23,068 nucleotides of DNA, taken from NCBI GenBank assembly GCA_039030515.1, contig JBCCEA010000052.1:1-23068 (forward strand). Reading direction: 5' to 3'. A program made the translations under genes and the position numbers. Within the stretch, counting starts at the first letter, position 1; each line of letters opens with the position of its first letter. This document shows positions 16,696 through 23,068 of this stretch, piece by piece. The notes beneath the pieces were generated by a model, which was not told the DNA's origin, made no database searches, and saw nothing but the letters and a program-made list of their open reading frames with translations. This DNA comes from Myxococcota bacterium. GTDB lineage: Bacteria > Myxococcota_A > Polyangia > Polyangiales > Houyiibacteriaceae.

Positions 16696-17541
16696 CTACA
16701 TCGCCAGCCAGGTATAGCCGCCGTCAAGAGTGAGGTCGAGATGCCGCCCGCCGCGACGTACGGCGATGGAGACCTCACGGGCTGCAGCGAGGGAAAGCGC
16801 ACTTACCGCTCCCGCCTCGCCGAGCTCCTGTATCGAACGACCCTCGATCGCGACGATCACGTCTCCCACCCGAATTCCTGCTCGGAACGAAGGCGAGTGT
16901 CGCTCCAGCTCGACGATGTGCAGGCCGGAGCGCCTCACTTCGTAAAGAGAGATTCCCGTGCCTCGATGGGCCCTCGGCGGCTCACCGCGAATGGTCAAAA
17001 TCGCGCCACCATCCAAAAAGAGGCTCGCATCGTTGCCGCCGGCAAGATCTTCGAGGAACCCCCGAAAACGGTAGATGCCGATAGGGTCAGACAGGCCCCG
17101 ATCTCGATCCCAGACTTCGAGTCGGAACCGCGCATCGGGAGGCATCCAGAGGTTTCGTTCGAGGGTCGCCGTAAACTCCGGCCGGAGCGTATCCTGCTCG
17201 ACTTCGGACTCGAAGATCAGTTCGCCGTCCCGGTATATGCGCACCATGGGATCAGGCGCGCTGCCGTCTTCGTCCCACGGCAGACCGCTGCGCTGCTGAT
17301 GCGGGATCTGGGCGCGGAGGACTCGCAAATGCACCATGTGATCGGGAGAGCGCACGCGTGAAGAGGCATCTGCCCCCACCGGGGAGAGCGAAGTACTGCG
17401 CCTCGGATAGGCACAGGCGGTCAGAGCACAGATCGCGAAGAGAGCAGCGCACAACCGCGGCGGCGATAGGCACAACCGCGGCGGCGATACCCCCACTCGG
17501 CTTGAGTCGCGCTTTCGACGAGGGCGTCCGAGGTAGATCAT
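16696..17541 (-). CDS. Putative lipoprotein with C2 domain and C-terminal PDZ domain
   Basis: Lipobox LTAC after a hydrophobic stretch. C2-like LRVLRA...WDEDGSAPDPMVRI...DTLRPEF...LEVWDRD...DPIG. PDZ GTGISL...SPSFRAGIRVGDVIVAIEG. Start uncertain (ATG 17541 assumed). Confidence 0.8.
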   Translation of the reverse strand: MIYLGRPRRKRDSSRVGVSPPRLCLSPPRLCAALFAICALTACAYPRRSTSLSPVGADASSRVRSPDHMVHLRVLRAQIPHQQRSGLPWDEDGSAPDPMVRIYRDGELIFESEVEQDTLRPEFTATLERNLWMPPDARFRLEVWDRDRGLSDPIGIYRFRGFLEDLAGGNDASLFLDGGAILTIRGEPPRAHRGTGISLYEVRRSGLHIVELERHSPSFRAGIRVGDVIVAIEGRSIQELGEAGAVSALSLAAAREVSIAVRRGGRHLDLTLDGGYTWLAM

Positions 17542-17659
17542 CGACGGGAAGGGTATCTTGATTTCTGCGAGCAGCCTATTCGCTTGTAAAGACACAGAGA
17601 CTCGACGCAGCACTCCGCTTTGAAGGAACCCTTCGATCCAACCTGCTACAACGCGAGCC

Positions 17660-19072
17660 ATGCGACGTACCAAGATCGTCTGCACTCTGGGCCCCGCAAG
17701 TGACGACCAGGATGCGATCGACCGTTTGGTCCGTGCGGGTATGGACTGCGCGCGCCTAAACTTCAGTCACGGAAGCCAAGATGCCCACGCGAAACTCGCA
17801 AGCCGCGTTCGCCATGCCGCCGAAAAAGCACGGCGGCCCGTAGCGCTACTCGCCGACCTGTGCGGACCCAAAATGCGGATTGGCCAATTTCGTCAGGGTC
17901 CGATCGAACTCGTTACCGGACAGCGCTTCGTCCTCTCTACCAAAAAGGATCTCGCGGGGGACGCGACCCGCGTTTCCGTCAGCTACGAACCGCTCGCTCG
18001 GGATGTTCGTCCTGGCGATCGGATCTTGATCGACGACGGGCTGCTGCGACTCCGGGTGGAGAATACGACCGAAAACGAGGTTCATTGTGTGGTCGAGGTC
18101 GGGGGTCCGCTCTCCGATCGCAAAGGGCTGAATCTACCCGGCGCCAAGCTGAGTACCCCGGCACTGACCGAGAAAGACAAACACGATCTGGAATTCGCCG
18201 TGCGGGTGCTGCGCGTCGACTACATCGCGCTCTCGTTTGTGCGCCACCCAACGGACGTGGAAGAAGCGCGACAGCTTGCGGACGATACACCGATCATCGC
18301 GAAGATCGAGAAGCCGGAAGCCGTCGAAAACCTGACCGCGATCTGTGATGCCGCCGATGGTCTGATGGTGGCGCGGGGGGATCTCGGAGTCGAAATCGGC
18401 TCCGAAAAAGTCCCGATGATTCAGAAGCGTCTCATTCGAATGGTCAATGAGCGGGGCAAGATCGTGATCACCGCAACCCAAATGCTCGATTCGATGATTC
18501 GCAATCCAAGGCCAACCCGTGCAGAAGCGGCAGATGTGGCCAACGCGGTTCTCGACGGAACCGACGCCCTGATGCTGAGCGGCGAAACGGCAACGGGTCG
18601 ATATCCCGCAGAGTCGGTCGAGATGATGGGCGCGCTCGCCCTCGAGGCCGAGCAGGGCTGGCAAAAAGATCAAAACCAGCACCAGTCGGGGGTTCGACTG
18701 GAGCGTGGAGACGAATGGCGCTTTCCCGACGCTGCGGCTCGAAGCGCCACCCTACTCGCCCAGCTGCTGCCAATCGCCGCCGTAGTCACATTCACCCATG
18801 ATGGTCGATCGGCAAATCTCATCGCAGAGCACCGCTGCCGGGCACCGATCGTAGCGGTCACGTCCACGACCGAGATCGCCAATCGCCTGGCGCTAAGATG
18901 GGGCGTGGTTCCCCGAGTGGAGATTCCGCCTGAAGATCTCGAGGAGACCTTGAGAATCGCGACCTCGCTGCTGGTCCGCGAGGGCCTGTGCCAGAAGGGA
19001 GACGCCTTTGCGATGATCGTCGGATGGCCACTTTCAGCTCGAACCAATACGGTGAAGCTGCACCGAGTCTAA
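17660..19072 (+). CDS. pyk: Pyruvate kinase
   Basis: RRTKIVCTLGPAS, RLNFSHG, IIAKIEK, MVARGDLGVE, TATQMLDSM, RPTRAE, DALMLSGETA. Confidence 0.98.
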   Translation: MRRTKIVCTLGPASDDQDAIDRLVRAGMDCARLNFSHGSQDAHAKLASRVRHAAEKARRPVALLADLCGPKMRIGQFRQGPIELVTGQRFVLSTKKDLAGDATRVSVSYEPLARDVRPGDRILIDDGLLRLRVENTTENEVHCVVEVGGPLSDRKGLNLPGAKLSTPALTEKDKHDLEFAVRVLRVDYIALSFVRHPTDVEEARQLADDTPIIAKIEKPEAVENLTAICDAADGLMVARGDLGVEIGSEKVPMIQKRLIRMVNERGKIVITATQMLDSMIRNPRPTRAEAADVANAVLDGTDALMLSGETATGRYPAESVEMMGALALEAEQGWQKDQNQHQSGVRLERGDEWRFPDAAARSATLLAQLLPIAAVVTFTHDGRSANLIAEHRCRAPIVAVTSTTEIANRLALRWGVVPRVEIPPEDLEETLRIATSLLVREGLCQKGDAFAMIVGWPLSARTNTVKLHRV

Positions 19073-19152
19073 GTTCAACGGAGCGAGGCCTTACAACTCC
19101 TCACAGAATCGATCCTCAAGTCGCGGTCCGTATTCGCGTCATAGCTGAAACC

Positions 19153-20682
19153 ATGGATGCCAAAATCCCCAAAAACATAGGTCGCTTCACGATCGATCGG
19201 CTGCTCGGCTCGGGAGCGATGGGGTGCGTCTACTTGGGTCGAGATCCCGAACTGGACCGCGCAGTGGCGATCAAGACCATCCGCGACCTCGGGATGGAGC
19301 GCGAGAATCTCGATACCTTTCTCGAGCGCTTTCGCAACGAAGCCCGAGCCGCAGCTCGACTCACCGACCCGACCATCGTTCAGGTCTTTGACGTGGGTGA
19401 AGACGCGGAGGCGGGACCTTATCTGGTATTCGAGTACGTCGCCGGTTCAACGCTGAAGCAGATGCTCCGCAGTCAACCAGCGATCGGTCCAGAGCGTGCG
19501 ATCCACTTTGCCCGGCAAATCGCGCGCGCGCTGACCGTAGCCCACGCAAACGAGGTGCTCCATCGGGACCTCAAGCCGGACAATCTCTTGGTCACTCCAG
19601 ATGACGAACTCAAGCTCGCAGACTTTGGCGTCGCCCGAGTGCCCAATGCCTCTCTTACCAGAAAGGGCCAGTTCCTGGGAACGCCCTGCTACGCCGCCCC
19701 GGAGACACTTGCAGAGGGCCAATACAGCCCGAAGAGCGATCTCTTCAGCTTCGCCGCGGTGCTTTACGAAATGATCAGCGGCCACCGCGCTTTTCCCGGG
19801 GATGACGCAGTCGCGGTAGCCCACCAGGTGATTCACGATGAACCTAAGCCCCCTTCCAAAACGACCCATCAAACGAAGATTCCGGCCACTGTCGATCAGG
19901 TGCTGCTCAAGGCGCTTTCAAAGCGTCCAGAGGACCGCTACGGATGCCCACACGATCTCGTGATCGCCTTTGAGGACGCATGGGCAAAGGCGGGTCGGGT
20001 GGTGCCGGGCGGCTTTGATTCTCGCGCTCCTGCCGGGAGGGGCACACAAACGCAAAGGTTCGGGGCGCTCCTCACCGGACTGGTCGTCCTCGGACTGGTA
20101 GCGTTCGGCATATCGATGATGACGCTCTTCAAAAGCCCGAACGCTCAAAGACCGAGCTCTCAAAGACCGAGCTCTCAAAGACCGAGTGCTCAAGGACCGA
20201 GCGGTGGCGAGCGCCAATCGACCCAGACCGGCTTGATCGAGTCGACACAGCGCACACTCCTCGATGGGGAACCGGTCGGCCTCGAGGAGCAGTTTCGGGA
20301 CGAGACGAGGCAGACCGCAGGCGCGCATCTTGCCGAAGAGAGCGGACTCGAGGGAGCACCCCCGACGCTGGACGGGGCGCAGGCATCGCAAGAGGCAGAC
20401 CCCGCGCGTGAAATTCCGCCAGCAGCGATTCAAGACGGCTCCGCGATCGACGAGGAGGGTCGGCCGGAGGTGGATTCTTCATTAGACCTGCGAACACCAC
20501 ACGAGCGGGAAGAAGCGGCTAAGGAGGCTCTGGGCCGTGCGCGAGCGGCCTTATCCCGAGGTGATGCGACGCTAGCCCATGCAGCCCTGAAGGAAGCCAC
20601 GCGCCATGATCCTGAAAACCCCGACATCGAGGCGCTCTGGCGTCGGCTTCCAAACGAACTGCAAACCGCCGGCTCGCCCTGA
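19153..20682 (+). CDS. Membrane Hanks-type Ser/Thr protein kinase with C-terminal TPR-like helices
   Basis: GSGAMG, VAIK, HRDLKPDN, DFG, APE; TM LLTGLVVLGLVAFGISMM. ATG 19153 preferred over the start overlapping pyk. Confidence 0.95.
   Translation: MDAKIPKNIGRFTIDRLLGSGAMGCVYLGRDPELDRAVAIKTIRDLGMERENLDTFLERFRNEARAAARLTDPTIVQVFDVGEDAEAGPYLVFEYVAGSTLKQMLRSQPAIGPERAIHFARQIARALTVAHANEVLHRDLKPDNLLVTPDDELKLADFGVARVPNASLTRKGQFLGTPCYAAPETLAEGQYSPKSDLFSFAAVLYEMISGHRAFPGDDAVAVAHQVIHDEPKPPSKTTHQTKIPATVDQVLLKALSKRPEDRYGCPHDLVIAFEDAWAKAGRVVPGGFDSRAPAGRGTQTQRFGALLTGLVVLGLVAFGISMMTLFKSPNAQRPSSQRPSSQRPSAQGPSGGERQSTQTGLIESTQRTLLDGEPVGLEEQFRDETRQTAGAHLAEESGLEGAPPTLDGAQASQEADPAREIPPAAIQDGSAIDEEGRPEVDSSLDLRTPHEREEAAKEALGRARAALSRGDATLAHAALKEATRHDPENPDIEALWRRLPNELQTAGSP
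20144..20202. repeat. 15-bp in-frame repeat (QRPSS) x4
   Basis: ctcaaagaccgagct and variants directly after the kinase TM. Confidence 0.85.
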
Positions 20683-20760
20683 GCAAGGCGCAACCCGACG
20701 GTCGGCAACGCAGCGGTCTAGATCGATTACGGCAAAACTCCGTCCGGCCCAGCGCTTACG

Positions 20761-20827
20761 AGACGCAGACGTGAAGACGCAGACGTGAAGACGCAGACGT
20801 GAAGACGCAGACGTGAAGACGCAGACG
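20761..20827. repeat. Intergenic perfect 14-bp tandem repeat x4.8
   Basis: agacgcagacgtga at 20761, 20775, 20789 and 20803, partial at 20817. Confidence 0.95.
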
Positions 20828-20899
20828 GGCCAATTAGAGCGCCAAGCATTCCCAGTACGCACCCCGCTCAGGCCACGCACCGGCCGACCGGGGCATCCT

Positions 20900-21631
20900 T
20901 TAGAGGCTGTAGTGAAGATAGACGGCGCTGTGAAATCCAACTGTATGCGCGCCGTCCGCCCCCTGCAGTGATGGAAATAGACGGCCGCCTCCGACCACGC
21001 CTAAAGCGTAATGCCGGCTTGGAAGGTGTAGCTCGAGGCCTAACTGACCGCCGAACATCGATGCGAGTTTGTCCGATTGAGAGATCCCATAGGTGGATAG
21101 GAGTTCTCCTGCCGAGCGACCTACACCGAATTCTCCGCCCAAAAAGGGAGCCACGAATCGTCCGACAGGCATGGTGAGGCGTGCCTCAAGTAAAGCGCCC
21201 AAGATCTGAAACGCGGTAGAGCTTGGTGGCGCGGGGGCGTCCGTTGCGTGCCAGGAAGCCTCCAGAGATGCTTTCATCAGAAACCATGCAGAGAACTCGT
21301 ATCCAAATCCAAGACTCGCAAAGAAGCCGGTGTGACCGAGATCCCCGAGACCGCCGACAAAACTTCGCGCGCCCAGCGCTCCCTCTGCAAAGAATCCGCT
21401 GGCGTACAGGTCACGGGTCATCTCGATCGCTTCTGGCGGTAGTCGCTCGACGTCCAGTCGGGTGAGGTCTATCGAAGAGTCGTCCCGGTCTTGCGCCAGC
21501 GCCACGCTACCGGCCAAAAAAATACTCAAGGCAACCAGTGTCACGCCAGGCCAAAGACACCGCCCTTGAATCGAATCGATTCGCTCCCCACCTGCCGAGA
21601 CTAACACGAGACTCGATCCTCCCTGCCTCAC
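20900..21631 (-). CDS. Outer-membrane beta-barrel protein, adventurous-gliding CglE-like
   Basis: Signal-like TLVALSIFLAGSVALA-Q, GFFAEG...LGFGYEF, GLELHLPSRHYALG (recalled as similar to the CglE C-terminal RHF motif), terminal YLHYSL beta-signal. The true start may be downstream of 21631. Confidence 0.65.
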   Translation of the reverse strand: MRQGGSSLVLVSAGGERIDSIQGRCLWPGVTLVALSIFLAGSVALAQDRDDSSIDLTRLDVERLPPEAIEMTRDLYASGFFAEGALGARSFVGGLGDLGHTGFFASLGFGYEFSAWFLMKASLEASWHATDAPAPPSSTAFQILGALLEARLTMPVGRFVAPFLGGEFGVGRSAGELLSTYGISQSDKLASMFGGQLGLELHLPSRHYALGVVGGGRLFPSLQGADGAHTVGFHSAVYLHYSL

Positions 21632-21723
21632 CTCAAAAACCGCATTCGATATGGCTTCCCGAATGCGCTAGAAAACGGCAGCATCGATAAGACCACACCC
21701 ACCAATATTCGAAACTTCGTCAT
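21628..21723 (-). pseudogene. Truncated terminal copy of the tandem-array gene (31 aa)
   Basis: ATG 21723 (=22409-686) gives MTKFRILVGVVLSMLPFS, then unrelated SAFGKPYRMRFLR and TGA at 21630-21628. Confidence 0.8.
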
Positions 21724-21839
21724 TACCGCACTCGCTTCTTAGCACTACGGTACCACGTAGGCGCCCACGCCCGGACGACTGGGAGGTAACGGGCGCAGCA
21801 CTCCGTTTCGGTCGCTTCACTCAAAACTTCAGCGCCACA

Positions 21840-22409
21840 TCACTCGGCCTCTGCCGCATCGAGACCGCAAGTGTAGGAGTCGTTTTTGAGCGCGACGTGG
21901 CTGCATTCCTCAGTCGGGTCTGGGGTGAAGGAAACCTGTACGAGCCATGGTCGATCGTCTTCCAACTCTAGCCAAGCCTTGGCTCTAGCCCTGACGCCAG
22001 ATATTGGCGCGGTTTGGAACTGAGTGACCAAGACTCCCGAACAACCGATTTCTTCGAGCATGACTTCGTGTGCGGCCACAAAGCGATCGACATTGGTGAG
22101 CTGGACCAGTCGGTCGGTAGGTTCGCCGATAATGATCCCCTCCCATTCGCTCACCAGCTCGGCTCGATGAATGTCGCACTCCGCATCCGGAAACCAAGGT
22201 TCGTCCAAAACGGACACTCCAAAATGCTCGGGTACCTTAACTACATTATCCGCGCCTCTACTTGGACAGGACGAAGAAACGTAGTGTTGAAAGTCGATCT
22301 CTAGACCACTGAAGTCAATACAGCGGAATTGGTACACTCCACAATCCGTTGCGGTAGAAAACGGCAGCATCGATAAGACCACGCCCACCAATATTCGAAA
22401 CTTCGTCAT
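21840..22409 (-). CDS. Hypothetical exported Cys-rich protein (possible lipoprotein), array copy A
   Basis: 189 aa, signal-like MTKFRILVGVVLSMLPFSTATDC, 7 Cys; conserved paralog adjacent with synonymous differences. Confidence 0.85.
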   Translation of the reverse strand: MTKFRILVGVVLSMLPFSTATDCGVYQFRCIDFSGLEIDFQHYVSSSCPSRGADNVVKVPEHFGVSVLDEPWFPDAECDIHRAELVSEWEGIIIGEPTDRLVQLTNVDRFVAAHEVMLEEIGCSGVLVTQFQTAPISGVRARAKAWLELEDDRPWLVQVSFTPDPTEECSHVALKNDSYTCGLDAAEAE

Positions 22410-22525
22410 TACCGCACTCGCTTCTTAGAACTACGGTACCACATAGGCGCCCACGCCCGGACGACTGGGGGGTAACGGGCGCAGCACTCCGTTTCGGTCG
22501 CTTCACTCAAAACTTCAGCGCCACA

Positions 22526-23068
22526 TCACTCGGCCTCTGCTGCATCGAGACCGCAAGTGTAGGAGTCGTTTTTGAGCGCGACTTGGCTGCATTCCTCAGT
22601 CGGGTCTGGCGTAAAAGAGACCTGTACGAGCCATGGTCGATCCTCTTCCGACTCTAGCCAGGCCTTGGCCTTGGCCCTGACGCCCGGTATTCGCGCGGTT
22701 TGGAACTGAGTGACCAAGACTCCCGAACAACCGATTTCTTCGAGCATGACTTCGTGTGCGGCCACAAAGCGGTCGCGATACGTGATTTGAGCTGTTCTAT
22801 CGGTAGGTTCACCGATGATGATCCCCTCCCACTCGCTCACCAGCTCGGCTCGATGAGTGTCGCACTCTGCATCAGGAAACCAAGGTTCTTCCAGAACGGA
22901 CACTCCAAAATGCTCAGGGAGATCGACTACACTATTCGCGCTTCTGTTGCGACAAGACTTCTGATCGTGAAGTTGGAAGTCGATCTCTAGACCACTGAAG
23001 TCAATGCAGCTGAAGTTATATGCTCCACAATCCGTTGCGGTAGAAAACGGCAGCATCGATAAGACCAC
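22526..23068 (-). CDS. Hypothetical exported Cys-rich protein, array copy B (5' end outside the window)
   Basis: Colinear with copy A, 28 differences in 180 aa by manual count; expected ATG about 27 bp beyond the edge. Confidence 0.85.
   Translation of the reverse strand: MVLSMLPFSTATDCGAYNFSCIDFSGLEIDFQLHDQKSCRNRSANSVVDLPEHFGVSVLEEPWFPDAECDTHRAELVSEWEGIIIGEPTDRTAQITYRDRFVAAHEVMLEEIGCSGVLVTQFQTARIPGVRAKAKAWLESEEDRPWLVQVSFTPDPTEECSQVALKNDSYTCGLDAAEAE

Larger units (their letters stand above)
21669..23068. repeat. 686-bp-period tandem gene duplication, just over 2 units visible, cut by the right edge
   Basis: tagaaaacggcagcatcgataagaccac at 21669, 22355 and 23041. Confidence 0.97.

Noticed and set aside
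16606..20827. CRISPR arrays at the 16-bp and 14-bp repeats
   Set aside because: The repeats are contiguous with no unique spacers, too short, and no cas genes are present.
21724..21839. Integron attC site in the array spacer
   Set aside because: No RYYYAAC...GTTRRRY ends after the stop codon, the cassettes are paralogous, and no integrase is visible.
21840..23068. Diversity-generating retroelement TR/VR pair
   Set aside because: Differences are not adenine-specific (e.g. ttt/ttc, tcc/tct, ccc/cct), both copies are full ORFs, and no reverse transcriptase is in the window.

Overview
GC-rich bacterial chromosomal window. Gene content (AgmX/PglI-type TonB-C protein, CglE-like barrel, MJ0042 zinc-ribbon protein, Hanks kinase, sigma54 regulator) suggests a myxobacterium; this is inference. 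Left to right: a partial zinc-ribbon/DLPAP-repeat gene on the minus strand (absent from the ORF track); zapA overlapping 5-formyl-THF cyclo-ligase with no room for the usual 6S RNA; an NtrC-type activator; a sigma54 promoter with helically phased upstream repeats in front of a FliA/WhiG-like sigma factor and a REC-HD-GYP gene; uvrC; a minus-strand run (zinc-ribbon-TM-AgmX_C, REC-REC, PilZ, histidine kinase, glpD); a ~14-repeat WD40 protein with an F-box-like N-terminal motif; a putative outer-membrane protein; a C2+PDZ lipoprotein; pyk followed by a membrane Ser/Thr kinase; and a CglE-like gene. The right end holds an exact 686-bp-period tandem array of exported Cys-rich paralogs with near-identical junctions and variable cores, which ends in a truncated copy and is cut by the window edge. 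Short tandem repeats are frequent throughout. All calls are by eye; no searches were run.
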